64,000 bases of DNA from an uncultured Rivularia sp. (GTDB lineage Bacteria; Cyanobacteriota; Cyanobacteriia; Cyanobacteriales; Nostocaceae). Below the pieces are notes generated by a model. It was not told the origin of the DNA and did no database searches. It saw nothing but the letters and a program-made list of their open reading frames with translations. The number at the start of each line of letters is the position of its first letter. Position 1 is the first letter of the stretch. The stretch lies in NCBI GenBank assembly GCA_963665115.1, contig OY762007.1:1-64000 (forward strand). Direction: 5' to 3'. This document shows, in pieces, positions 1 through 10,166 of this stretch. The translations under genes were made by a program, and so were the position numbers.

Positions 1-1789
1 ATTAGAACAAGGAGCAGATGTTTGGGCTGATAGATTGGCAGAACTAATTATTTTTATCCAAAGAGAGTTTTTTGTCGGCAATGAAGATTATATAAATTGG
101 GTTTTGGATAAATTAAATTTGCAGAATGAAATATCTTTAGAAGAAACAAAAATTCAGAAAGGAGGAGTTAATTATGGTTGGTATCAAGCCGCAGCTAATT
201 ATATTGCTCAAACAGAACTTGATAGACATCCCAATTCAGAAGAATTATCTAGTTATTTTCAATACTTTGGCGAAGAAATGGCAAAATGGGCAACAGAAAA
301 CAGCTTACTTCCCGAACATGAAAATCCCACCTATCAAGCAGTATGCAATTATTTAACTGATTATTTAGAGATTAGCGGATGGGAGCAAGAATCGATAAAT
401 TTTACTGAAGAATTGGCAGTTTATACAGCAGCAAAATTTAAAAATAAAGCTATATGTTCCTTAAGTTCTGGAGAATTTGCAGCAGAAGACCAATTAGAAT
501 CAGTAGTCTTATTTAAACCCCAGCAATACAGTAATAAAAATGCTTTAGGAGGAAGACGGATTAAACGAGGAATTTCTAAAGTGTGGTCGTTAGAAATGAT
601 GCTGCGTCAAGCTTACTGGGCAGTTCCCGCAGGGAAGTTGGAAGACCAGCGACCGATATTCCTCTTCATTTTTCCAGCTTACGTATATTCTCCTCAAACA
701 GCCAGAGCCATTGGTAGATTAGTTAAAAAACTCAAAAAAATTAATCTTTGGGAAGTTTGTAAACAATGGCGAAAAGCCGAAATGAATTTTAGTCAACTAC
801 AGTATTTACTTGAAGCAGAAAAAGAACCAAAATCAGCACGCTATCAAAATAAATATGACCTTAGAGAACTGCCATTTATGGCAATGACACATACCAAAAC
901 TAGAGGTAAAACAAATACAGATGCTTGGGTAGAGCCTGCATTTATTACACTTATTTTACCAATACTTTTTGGTGTTAAAGTAGTAGCCACACCAAGCTCC
1001 GATCCAATTTATTCCAGCGATGAAGAATTTCTCGAATCGGTAAGGCTAGATGGTGTTGCCGGATTTTGGAATACTTTAGGCTTAAACACAGATTTACGAT
1101 TACAAGAATTAGAAAAAGCATTACAACTTTTATTAATAGCCTACAGTTTGCATTTAGAAACTCGCAGTTCCCCACCAGATGCAAGATGGCAAGCATTTCA
1201 TGGAACAGTTAGAGAGGTGAAAACCAATGTATTAAACGTATTCGCTTTAGCAAATCAAAAATTACGAGCAGATAAAAGAGATGCAAGCAATCAAGAAGTT
1301 TTGCGTTATTGGAAATACGCGGAAATTTTATCAATTAATAATGGAGGAGATTATTTAATGGAGTTAATGACAAAGTTGGTGAAAGAATATAGAACGTTTT
1401 ATCAAGCGAGTTTAAGCGAATCAAGTCATACAATATTGCTTCCGATATCCAAAGCTTTGGAAGTAATTTTAAGCGTTCCCCAGCAGATTGATAATGAAGA
1501 CGTAATTATGCAAGGTGCTGGACAATTAAGGGATGCAATCGAGCGTCAAGAAGTTTATAAACGTCCCATAATTGCTAATAAATCCATTAATTACGCTACC
1601 AGACAAGCAGAAGAAATCAAAGCCATCCACGCATTTATGACAACCTGCGTCAAAGAATTATTTATGGGGCTTTATCAAGGAGATAGAGCATTACTTCAAG
1701 AAAACCGCAACCGCATCAAATCCGGTGCTGAATTCGCTTACCGCTGGTTGGCTTTGCAGGAAAACTCAAAATCAGAAATTAATGGTTAA
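1..1789 (+). CDS. cas10d: Type I-D CRISPR large subunit Cas10d/Csc3, 5'-truncated by the window edge
   Basis: Frame is open from position 2. Contains the motifs KPQQYSNKN and RRIKRGIS..WSLEM and a C-terminal Cas11d-like helical region. Lies upstream of cas7-cas5-cas6-cas4-cas1-cas2. Confidence 0.93.
   Translation, partial: LEQGADVWADRLAELIIFIQREFFVGNEDYINWVLDKLNLQNEISLEETKIQKGGVNYGWYQAAANYIAQTELDRHPNSEELSSYFQYFGEEMAKWATENSLLPEHENPTYQAVCNYLTDYLEISGWEQESINFTEELAVYTAAKFKNKAICSLSSGEFAAEDQLESVVLFKPQQYSNKNALGGRRIKRGISKVWSLEMMLRQAYWAVPAGKLEDQRPIFLFIFPAYVYSPQTARAIGRLVKKLKKINLWEVCKQWRKAEMNFSQLQYLLEAEKEPKSARYQNKYDLRELPFMAMTHTKTRGKTNTDAWVEPAFITLILPILFGVKVVATPSSDPIYSSDEEFLESVRLDGVAGFWNTLGLNTDLRLQELEKALQLLLIAYSLHLETRSSPPDARWQAFHGTVREVKTNVLNVFALANQKLRADKRDASNQEVLRYWKYAEILSINNGGDYLMELMTKLVKEYRTFYQASLSESSHTILLPISKALEVILSVPQQIDNEDVIMQGAGQLRDAIERQEVYKRPIIANKSINYATRQAEEIKAIHAFMTTCVKELFMGLYQGDRALLQENRNRIKSGAEFAYRWLALQENSKSEING
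1358..1789 (+). CDS. cas11d: Cas11d small subunit, probably translated from an internal in-frame start in cas10d (143 aa)
   Basis: GGAGGAG at 1343-1349 precedes an in-frame ATG at 1358 (MELMTKLVKEYRTFYQ). Internal Cas11d translation is established for type I-D. Confidence 0.8.
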   Translation: MELMTKLVKEYRTFYQASLSESSHTILLPISKALEVILSVPQQIDNEDVIMQGAGQLRDAIERQEVYKRPIIANKSINYATRQAEEIKAIHAFMTTCVKELFMGLYQGDRALLQENRNRIKSGAEFAYRWLALQENSKSEING

Positions 1790-1791
1790 CC

Positions 1792-2499
1792 CCGAAACAT
1801 ATGTAGAGACGTAGCACTGCTACGTCTCCCAGCAATTCCCGAAAAAACGAACCACTACCTCTGTTGTTTCTCAAGATAACAGGTTAAGTAGGTAGGCTAG
1901 AATAAACAAAACTATGTAACAGAATGTAAAACTCTTGAAGTGCTTGTGATTGCTTCGTTTCACTCCGTTCCACTCGCAATGACATAGTTATAAATTTTCC
2001 CACCCACCTACTTAAATAACCCAATTAAATTTGAATTATTCGTTATTTCCGAAACATATGTAGAGACTTCCGCAGTGCTACGTCTCCCAGCAATTCCCGA
2101 AAAAACGAACCACTACCTTTGTTGTTTCGCAAGATAACAGCTTAAATAACCGAATTAAATTTGAATGATTCGTTACTTCCGAAACCTATGTAGAGACTTC
2201 CGCAGTGCTACGTCTCCCAGCAATCCCAGAAAAAACGAACCACTACCTTTGTTGTTTCGCAAGATAACAGCTTAAATAACCGAATTAAATTTGAATGATT
2301 CGTTATTTCCGAAACCTATGTAGAGACGTAGCAGTGCGGAAGTCTCCCAGCAATCCCCGAAAAAACGAACCACTACCTCTGTTGTGGGAGCAAGATAACA
2401 GGTTAAATAACCCAATTAAATTTGAATGATTCGTTATTTCCGAAACGTCGGGAGACGTAGCACTGCTACGTCTCTACAACCCCTCGGGATTTATGCGGT
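1792..2499. repeat. Tandem array of ~130-bp units, each with a GTAGAGACG..CGTCTC REP-like palindrome, between cas10d and cas7
   Basis: Units start CCGAAAC at 1792, 2049, 2179, 2309 and 2440 (last one partial). Confidence 0.92.
1885..2014. mobile_element. MITE with TAAGTAGGT...ACCTACTTA ends and a TA-type target, inserted in the first 130-bp unit
   Basis: Removing it restores CAGGTTAAATAAC as in the other units. Related elements lie at 30333-30507 and from ~55992. Confidence 0.8.
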
Positions 2500-2540
2500 G
2501 AAACCACTATTCTTGACTAAAATCAAAAGGAAACTAAACC

Positions 2541-3530
2541 ATGACTATTCTCGAAAGTCTCAAATCTCAATTTCCTACAGCTTTCCCTCGTTTAGCATCT
2601 GGAAAGTACGTTCACTTTATCATGCTGCGTCACAGCCAATCTTTCCCGGTGTTTCAAACTGATGGAATTCTCAATACAGCCCGTACTCAAGCTGGATTGG
2701 AACATTCAGAACAGATGAGCCGTTTGGTGATGTTCAAGCGCAAGCAAACAACTCCTGAAAGACTTGCAGGAAGGGAACTATTGCGTTCGTTGGATATTAC
2801 TACTGCCGATAAGGAAAATAAAGATAAATATTGCGAATATAGCAGCGAAGATGCTTGTAAAAAGTGTCCCGACTGTATTATGTATGGTTTTGCAATTGGT
2901 GATAAAGGTTCTGAACGCTCTAAAGTGTATTCAGATTCGGCATTTTCTCTTAGCTCATACGAACAAGCACACCGCAGCTTTACCTTCAACGCAACTTTTG
3001 AAGGAGGTACTATGAGCGAAGGTGGAGAAATGCGAAATTCCATCAACGAACAAGACCATATTTTACCAGAAGTCACCTTTCCTACGGTAGAAACTTTGCG
3101 AGACTGTACCTACGAAGGTTTTCTTTATGTATTAGGAAACCTGCTAAGAACCAGACGTTACGGAGCGCAAGAATCCCGTACCGGAACAATGAAAAATCAT
3201 CTTGTGGGAATTGCTTTTTGTGATGGTGAAGTTTTTAGTAATTTGCATTTTACCCAAGCGCTTTACGATGCTTTAAAAGGGGATATTAACGCTCCCATTA
3301 GCGATATTTTAATCCAAGCAAACACAGTTTCCAAAGAATTACTCAACTCAGAACCCGTGCGGAAGAAAAAGATTGTTTTTGATGCAGAATTAGAAGAATT
3401 CGTTGGAGAAGTAAATGCTCTTTATCAAAATGAAGATAATTTGACAGAAGTAATTACAGCACTTTCCGAACAAACAAAATCTTATGCTTCTACATTTGGA
3501 GCATTGAAGAAGAAAGGGAAAAAAGGTTAA
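2541..3530 (+). CDS. cas7: Type I-D Cas7/Csc2
   Basis: Motifs FKRKQTTPERLAGRELLR, CxxCPDCIMYGFA and RYGAQESRTG; operon position. Confidence 0.93.
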   Translation: MTILESLKSQFPTAFPRLASGKYVHFIMLRHSQSFPVFQTDGILNTARTQAGLEHSEQMSRLVMFKRKQTTPERLAGRELLRSLDITTADKENKDKYCEYSSEDACKKCPDCIMYGFAIGDKGSERSKVYSDSAFSLSSYEQAHRSFTFNATFEGGTMSEGGEMRNSINEQDHILPEVTFPTVETLRDCTYEGFLYVLGNLLRTRRYGAQESRTGTMKNHLVGIAFCDGEVFSNLHFTQALYDALKGDINAPISDILIQANTVSKELLNSEPVRKKKIVFDAELEEFVGEVNALYQNEDNLTEVITALSEQTKSYASTFGALKKKGKKG

Positions 3531-3626
3531 ACGTTTCTCTCGTTCTGCGTTTCCCAGCCAGAGACTGGGAACCAGTTGCACCAGTTGCAAATCCTGTTCA
3601 CTGATAACTGTTCACTGATAACTGAA

Positions 3627-4415
3627 ATGTCTTTATATCACTGTTTGCTAACACTGCATGATAACGTTTTTTTCGCAACTAGAGAAATGGGTATTCTTTA
3701 TGAAACTGAAAAATATTTACATAATTGGGCTTTGAGTTTTGCTTTATTTAATGTTAATTACATTCCCCACTGCTACCGTCTTCAGGGAGAAAGGGCACAG
3801 AAACCAACTTACTTGGATGAAAAATCGGAACAAAATTTACTACATTTAAATCAAGCTGAAATTTATGTCTTTCCCGCACAGCCGATAATTTGGTCTTATC
3901 AGGTAAATACTTTCAAAGCTGCTCAAGTTTCTTATTACGGAAAATCCAAACAGTTTGGTGATAAAGGAGCCGATAAAAATTATCCGATTAACTTTGGTAG
4001 AGCCAAAGAATTAGCTGTGGGAAGTAAATATCGTACTTATATAACCGCTCCCGATGATATGAAATTTCCGAAATGGATTCGTTTGGGTAAATGGGCTGCG
4101 AAAATAAAAGTTGATATTATCAAAATACCAGATTGGGCAATTCAAACTGAATCAAAAACCTACATTTGCAATCATCCCTTAAATCCTTTAGATTTATCTA
4201 CAAATACCAACTTACTTTTGTACAATCGTATTGTCATGCCTCCAGTAAGTTTGGTAAGTCAAGCTCAATTAAATGGAGAACATCTAAAATCAAATTTTAG
4301 TAAATCAAATACTAATAATTGGGAAATTTTAAAAAAACAATATCCCGAACTTCCAAACCAATTAACTTTACCAATAGGGGCATCTTATGGAGCCAGAAAC
4401 ACTGTTGCAGCCTAA
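3627..4415 (+). CDS. cas5: Type I-D Cas5/Csc1
   Basis: Motifs LTLHDNVFFATRE, YLHNWALSFA and WIRLGKW; ATG at 3627. Confidence 0.9.
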   Translation: MSLYHCLLTLHDNVFFATREMGILYETEKYLHNWALSFALFNVNYIPHCYRLQGERAQKPTYLDEKSEQNLLHLNQAEIYVFPAQPIIWSYQVNTFKAAQVSYYGKSKQFGDKGADKNYPINFGRAKELAVGSKYRTYITAPDDMKFPKWIRLGKWAAKIKVDIIKIPDWAIQTESKTYICNHPLNPLDLSTNTNLLLYNRIVMPPVSLVSQAQLNGEHLKSNFSKSNTNNWEILKKQYPELPNQLTLPIGASYGARNTVAA

Positions 4416-5197
4416 ACAAACTTCGAGTTTGCATTCATTAGTAGTAGAATTAGCTGCTGCCGATAAAGGAAGAATACCCGCAACTCTTTCGAGAGCAATT
4501 CATGCTTTGGTATTGCAATGGTTGCAAAAAGGTTCTCCCGAAATCGCGGAATCAGTCCACGAAGCCCAAACCTCACCGATGAGTCTATCTGGTTTAATGG
4601 GAAATCGTCGTCACAAAGGAAGTCAACCGGGAGATAATTTCTGCTTTCGTATATCTTTACTAAATGGAAGTTTAATCGAACCTTTACTTCAAGGATTGCA
4701 GCAACAAGAAAGAAAACCCGTCATCCTAGCAAAATTCCCCTTCGTCATTCGGAATATCTATACCTTACCCGGAAACACATCGTTTAGCAGCAGCAACCGA
4801 CTTTAGTTTATTAGCTAAAACACCCGCTTTCAGCAAAGACATCGAACTAAACTTTCTTTCCCCCACCAGCTTTAAACAATCTCAAAATATCCAAAATTTT
4901 CCCTTACCCGAATTAGTATTTGGTTCATTGCTCCGGAAGTGGAATAGTTTTGCACCAGAAGAATATAAATTTCCCGATATCCAATGGATGGGATTAGTAT
5001 CAGCATACGAACTCAAAACCCAAGCACTCAAAATGGAAAGCGGAGCCGAAATCGGCGCACAGGGTTGGGTACGCTATCGGTTCAAAGACGACGAACAAGC
5101 CAAAATTGCGAATATACTGGCAAATTTCGCCTTTTTCTCAGGAGTCGGACGTAAAACTTCAATGGGAATGGGGCAAACAGTTATGAGTGAACAGTGA
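4387..5197 (+). CDS. cas6: CRISPR endoribonuclease Cas6 with a +1 frameshift near 4768-4772 (likely sequencing error)
   Basis: FLSPTSFKQ and the Gly-rich loop GVGRKTSMGMG appear in the second frame. Removing one base joins ...YTLP to ETHRLAAATDF. Confidence 0.88.
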
Positions 5198-5295
5198 ACA
5201 GTTAACAGTTATCAATTACAAATGTAGTGGGAGCGTCTCGCTTCCTAACTGCTTTCAATTAACAATTAACATTTTCCAATCCAAAATCCAAAATC

Positions 5296-5871
5296 GTGAA
5301 TTATCTACCATTAGCCTACCTAAACGCTTGGGAATATTGTCCGCGACGATTTTACCTAGAACATCAATTAGGAGAAATGGCTGACAACGAACATATTATC
5401 ATCGGTCGCCATTTACACCGAAATATCAATGAAGAAGGTACGTGTATTGAAGGTGATACGATTATCTATCGTCAACAGTGGGTGTGGAGCGATCGCCTTC
5501 TAATCAAAGGTATTATCGATGCTGTTGAACAGAGAGATGAGCGGCTGATTCCTCTGGAATACAAAAAGGGAAGAATGAATAATCATATCAACGACCATTT
5601 TCAACTTTGCGGTGCGGCTTTATGTTTAGAAGAGCGCACTGGTAAGACTATTACCGAAGGAGAAATTTTCTATTATGCTAACCGTCGTCGCGAACGAGTT
5701 GAGTTTACACCAGCATTACGTGAAGCTACTCAAAATGCTATTCAAGCAGCTAGAGATGCTTTAACTAAAACAATGCCAACCCCTATCGATAACTCCAAAA
5801 AGTGTCGAGACTGTAGCTTGAAAAATATTTGTCTGCCAAAAGAAGTTAAAAAATTACGTTCTGAAGTTTAG
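5296..5871 (+). CDS. cas4: Cas4 nuclease
   Basis: YCPRRFY, GIIDAVE, LEYKKG and QLC motifs; C-terminal CxxCxxxxxC Fe-S cysteines. Confidence 0.95.
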   Translation: MNYLPLAYLNAWEYCPRRFYLEHQLGEMADNEHIIIGRHLHRNINEEGTCIEGDTIIYRQQWVWSDRLLIKGIIDAVEQRDERLIPLEYKKGRMNNHINDHFQLCGAALCLEERTGKTITEGEIFYYANRRRERVEFTPALREATQNAIQAARDALTKTMPTPIDNSKKCRDCSLKNICLPKEVKKLRSEV

Positions 5872-5886
5872 TTTTAAGGTTTCAAT

Positions 5887-6864
5887 ATGTCCGTACTTTA
5901 TATCACTCAACCAGATGCAATTTTAAGTAAAACCCACGAGGCTTTCAAAGTTGCTCTTAAACAATCTGATGGTAATTGGAGCAAACATACCGTTCCCGCT
6001 CAAACTGTTGAAGAAGTGGTGTTGATAGGAAATCCTCAAGTTACCGGAGATGCTTTAGTTTATGCTCTGGAATTAGGAATGCCAATTCACTATCTTTCCT
6101 ATTTCGGGAAACATCTCGCTTCCACACTTCCCGCTTATTCTCGCAACGGACAGTTAAGATTGGCTCAATATGCCGCACATTGCGACGAAAAACGCAAGTT
6201 GGAAATAGTCAAAACAATTGTTACAGCCAAAATTCACAATCAGCATACCGTTCTCTATCGCTACGGACAAAAAGACAATCCTCTCAAAGATAGAAAACAG
6301 CTAGTTCAACAACAAAAAACAGTTGATGAAGTCAGAGGAGTAGAAGGTTTAGCAGCTAGAGAATACTTTGGTTGCTGGTCGGAAATATTACCCGAAGGCT
6401 GGACTTTTGACGGTAGAAATCGCCAACCTCCCACAGATGAAATTAACTCATTACTAGGATTTGCCTATGGATTATTAAGAGTCCAGGTAACAGCAGCAGT
6501 ACACGTCGCAGGATTAGATCCTTACATCGGTTATCTACACGAAACCACCAGAGGACAACCATCTATAGTGCTAGATTTAATGGAAGAATTTCGTCCCTTG
6601 ATTGCCGATACCTTGATATTTGCAGTTATTCGTCACAAAGAAATCAAAACCAGCGACTTTACCGAAAGCTTGGGTGCATATCGACTCAGCGACAAAGGAC
6701 GAAAAAACTTCTTAGAAGCATGGGAAAGGAAAATGAACGACGAATTTAAACATCCCAACTTCGGCTATCGCTGCAACTACAGACGAGCAATTGAATTACA
6801 AGCACGTTTATTGAGTCGTCATTTGCAAGAAGGAATTCCCTACAAAGCTTTGACGAGACGATGA
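5887..6864 (+). CDS. cas1: Cas1 integrase
   Basis: VRGVEGLAAREYF, GLDPYIGYLH and DLMEEFRP motifs. Confidence 0.97.
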   Translation: MSVLYITQPDAILSKTHEAFKVALKQSDGNWSKHTVPAQTVEEVVLIGNPQVTGDALVYALELGMPIHYLSYFGKHLASTLPAYSRNGQLRLAQYAAHCDEKRKLEIVKTIVTAKIHNQHTVLYRYGQKDNPLKDRKQLVQQQKTVDEVRGVEGLAAREYFGCWSEILPEGWTFDGRNRQPPTDEINSLLGFAYGLLRVQVTAAVHVAGLDPYIGYLHETTRGQPSIVLDLMEEFRPLIADTLIFAVIRHKEIKTSDFTESLGAYRLSDKGRKNFLEAWERKMNDEFKHPNFGYRCNYRRAIELQARLLSRHLQEGIPYKALTRR

Positions 6865-6958
6865 AATCAGTTATCAGTAGTGAAAGCGTCTTGCTAACAA
6901 TCATTATTGAGCAAAATGTTCCACAGCTGTGGAATGTTTTTGAAATCGCGAATAATCT

Positions 6959-7013
6959 ACCGCATAAACCCCGACGGAATGTAGAGACGTAGCAGTGCTA
7001 CGTCTCCCGACGT
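6959..7013. repeat. REP-like element, inverted copy of 2445-2499
   Basis: GTAGAGACGTAGCAGTGCTACGTCTCCCGACG (6981-7012) is the exact reverse complement of 2446-2477. Confidence 0.85.
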
Positions 7014-7108
7014 TACCGAAAAAACCAACCACTCAGAATTTATGAAATTAACCAATAACGAACAAGATACTCCCACCACGGAACACCTTACAAAGCAATA
7101 ATCAGAAA

Positions 7109-7402
7109 ATGAAAAAACCGTTTTATTTGATAATTTACGATTTACCGGATAACAAAAAAGCGAATAAAAGACGCACAAGACTACATAAATTGCTTTCTGG
7201 TTACGGTAAATGGACGCAATATAGCGTATTTGAGTGTTTTTTAACGAAAATACAGTTTGCTAAACTCAAGGTACAGATAGAACAATTGATTAAACCGCAA
7301 GAAGATTCAGTTCGTATCTATATATTGGATGCTCATTCGATTCGGAAAACCATTACTTACGGTTCCGAGCAACCCAGAGAAAATACAACAATAATTTTGT
7401 AA
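7109..7402 (+). CDS. cas2: Cas2
   Basis: YLIIYD and QYSVFEC motifs plus DSVRIY. Confidence 0.96.
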   Translation: MKKPFYLIIYDLPDNKKANKRRTRLHKLLSGYGKWTQYSVFECFLTKIQFAKLKVQIEQLIKPQEDSVRIYILDAHSIRKTITYGSEQPRENTTIIL

Positions 7403-7608
7403 AAGTCTGCTACACTATTTTTGACCGGGGAAAGCGGGGTCGAAAACCCTGGAGTCCCGTCAAAACGCCAGAACCTTGATAATTCAATAGTTTCAGAGTT
7501 TCATACTCTTGTGTTTCAATTTTTCTCAATCGCTGAAATGGGGTTTTTTAATTCCCCTGTCAAAATCGGTTATGAAAATCGCTCTGTTCAACGGTTTCAG
7601 GTGGCGGA
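7403..7608 (+). promoter_or_regulatory. CRISPR leader
   Basis: Non-coding stretch between cas2 and the first repeat. The degenerate repeat is at the opposite end of the array. Confidence 0.75.
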
Positions 7609-9390
7609 GTTTCTTATTTATGAATCCCGTTCGCGGGATTGAAACTAAAATTGCTAACAGCCCCAATAGTAGCGTTGCCAGTTTCTTATTTATGAATCCC
7701 GTTCGCGGGATTGAAACCCAACTGCTGCTCCCCTGTTAAATTTTGTCCGGGGGGTTTCTTATTTATGAATCCCGTTCGCGGGATTGAAACGAGCATCTAA
7801 ATCAGCAGCTTTGACTAAATTTATAGTTTCTTATTTATGAATCCCGTTCGCGGGATTGAAACAAATAACCTACCTAGAAAACGGACGCGCATCAAATGTT
7901 TCTTATTTATGAATCCCGTTCGCGGGATTGAAACTAGCAAAGAGACGGTATTAGACCAAGAATTATTTGGTTTCTTATTTATGAATCCCGTTCGCGGGAT
8001 TGAAACTCAACCCTTTCTAGAAAGTTGTTTGAAAGCTGGTTGTTTCTTATTTATGAATCCCGTTCGCGGGATTGAAACTAACTTTTCTACGTTTAAAAAC
8101 AAATAGCTGGTCGTTTCTTATTTATGAATCCCGTTCGCGGGATTGAAACAATACTTTTCTCTTGTGATTGATGGCATGATAGAAAAGTTTCTTATTTATG
8201 AATCCCGTTCGCGGGATTGAAACCGCCATTAAATGTTCGTAGTGTTTTTGCAGAAGATGTTTCTTATTTATGAATCCCGTTCGCGGGATTGAAACCATAT
8301 AAAACTCGTTATCAAGATTTAGAAGATTTAGTTTCTTATTTATGAATCCCGTTCGCGGGATTGAAACATGAACCAAGAAGACGAGATACTTTTAACCTCT
8401 ATCGTTTCTTATTTATGAATCCCGTTCGCGGGATTGAAACGTTTTCTGACCAACATTAGAAAATCTATTTGTATAAGTTTCTTATTTATGAATCCCGTTC
8501 GCGGGATTGAAACCTTTCAGAAGTACTCCCATCTATCAGAAAGACTGGGTTTCTTATTTATGAATCCCGTTCGCGGGATTGAAACTATCTATGCCTTTTC
8601 CTAATGGATTTCCTAGTACTTGTTTCTTATTTATGAATCCCGTTCGCGGGATTGAAACAGCGATAAAAATGCTCTTACTGTCATAGGGTGAAGGTTTCTT
8701 ATTTATGAATCCCGTTCGCGGGATTGAAACTAAAAACAAGAACCTCTCACACCCTGGCTAAGAGTTTGTTTCTTATTTATGAATCCCGTTCGTGGGATTG
8801 AAACCAACAGTTAACTTAACTCAAGCTAATCTTGGGTTTGGTTTCTTATTTATGAATCCCGTTCGCGGGATTGAAACTCACCAGGTTTTAACCCTGAAGC
8901 TTCCCAAGCTTTTGTTTCTTATTTATGAATCCCGTTCGCGGGATTGAAACACGGCAATATAGTAAGAATACTCCCCACACCATAACTTGTTTCTTATTTA
9001 TGAATCCCGTTCGCGGGATTGAAACTTCTTGTGAACGAATATCTTCAGGTGCTTTACCAGCGTTTCTTATTTATGAATCCCGTTCGCGGGATTGAAACAA
9101 AAAAGCATCAAACACGAAACTTTGTACAAGGATGTTTCTTATTTATGAATCCCGTTCGCGGGATTGAAACTTATTATTACCTATCTTTAATAGGTCGCTT
9201 AGGTTAGTTTCTTATTTATGAATCCCGTTCGCGGGATTGAAACATTTACTTATCTATCTTTTAACGAATGCCTTCTTCGTTTCTTATTTATGAATCCCGT
9301 TCGCGGGATTGAAACCCACGGCAGTTTACAACAGCCCGGAGCAGCAACAGTTAGTTTCTTATTTATGAATCCCGTTCGCGGGATTGAAAT
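7609..9390 (+). CRISPR. CRISPR array: 25 repeats of 37 nt (GTTTCTTATTTATGAATCCCGTTCGCGGGATTGAAAC) and 24 spacers of ~34-38 nt
   Basis: Repeats counted directly. Stem AATCCCG-TTCG-CGGGATT and 3' ATTGAAAC. Repeat 17 (8768) has a C>T change and the last repeat ends GAAAT. Confidence 0.99.
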
Positions 9391-9513
9391 TCTTTTTTGA
9401 TTTGCGATATAAAATTTAGATTCACGGCTAGATTTCTATCCAGTTTTAATCTAGATTTTTAAATTGAGCTAGAATAAGGCTCACAGACATTAATCTAGAT
9501 AAAATCGAGTGTT

Positions 9514-9798
9514 ATGCCTGCAAACAAGAAAATTGAAGCACGCGAGCGAACTGCTCAATTAGGCATCAAGATAGATGCAAAATTATATGAAAAGTACAAA
9601 AAAAAATTAAAAGAAGATGGTGTGTCAATTACTGAAGATATTGAAAGCCATATGAGGAATTATGTAGGCGAAATGATTGTTCAAAGCGATATTGTGGACA
9701 TAGTTAAACTCGTCGAAGACGTAGAGGTATTAAAGCAAGCTATGGGGGAGTTAAATCCAGACTGGAAAGAGAGAATGAGCAATTTAAAAGTCAGTTAA
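9514..9798 (+). CDS. Small putative ribbon-helix-helix/CopG-like DNA-binding protein with a coiled-coil tail
   Basis: Alternating pattern QLGIKID followed by the helices KLYEKYKKKL..GVSITEDIESHMRNY. Confidence 0.55.
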   Translation: MPANKKIEARERTAQLGIKIDAKLYEKYKKKLKEDGVSITEDIESHMRNYVGEMIVQSDIVDIVKLVEDVEVLKQAMGELNPDWKERMSNLKVS

Positions 9799-9989
9799 AA
9801 TCTATGTCATCTCAAGTTGAGTGCATGGTTAAAATGATCAAAACTTTACCCTCTGCTGACAAAAAGTGAAGTACTTCTTATATATCTTATACCAATCTAG
9901 ACTAATTTATTGATTTCTATCTAGATTATTGGTAATTTGAGGTTAAGTGAATCAGCTTACCTAACCAAGAAAATTCAATAAAGAGGGGA

Positions 9990-10166
9990 ATGCATCCGAC
10001 ATTTGAGCAGTTAAAAGAGCTTTATAGAGTCAGTGTAGAGCTAACAAGTATGTATGTGTCAATTCATCTGGTTCGTCTAGATGAAAGAACAAGTAACGTA
10101 GTTGTATTAGCTGGTGAAGGAATAGAAGTTTATATTCATCCAGATGGAGGAGTAATAATTGTATGA
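9990..10166 (+). CDS. 58-aa DUF6888-like protein (absent from the ORF track)
   Basis: MHPTFEQLKELYRVSVELTSMYVSIHLVRLDERTSNVVVLAGEGIEVYIHPDGGVIIV; ATGA overlap with the next gene. Confidence 0.75.
   Translation: MHPTFEQLKELYRVSVELTSMYVSIHLVRLDERTSNVVVLAGEGIEVYIHPDGGVIIV

Noticed and set aside
1792..2499. 130-bp array as a second CRISPR array (units contain GAAAC)
   Set aside because: Whole units are near-identical with no unique spacers, and the core is a dispersed REP palindrome.
7791..7825. Spacer 3 shares GCATCTAAATCA with the 177-bp repeat units (possible self-targeting)
   Set aside because: Only 12 nt in AT-rich DNA, the flanks mismatch, and no GTN PAM is evident; likely chance.
9171..9278. 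Spacers 22 and 23 look alike (CTATCTTT core)
   Set aside because: The similarity is short and low-complexity.
7421..9400. Short ORFs with repeated FLFMNPVRGIET or VSIPRTGFINKK
   Set aside because: They are translations of the CRISPR repeats and leader.
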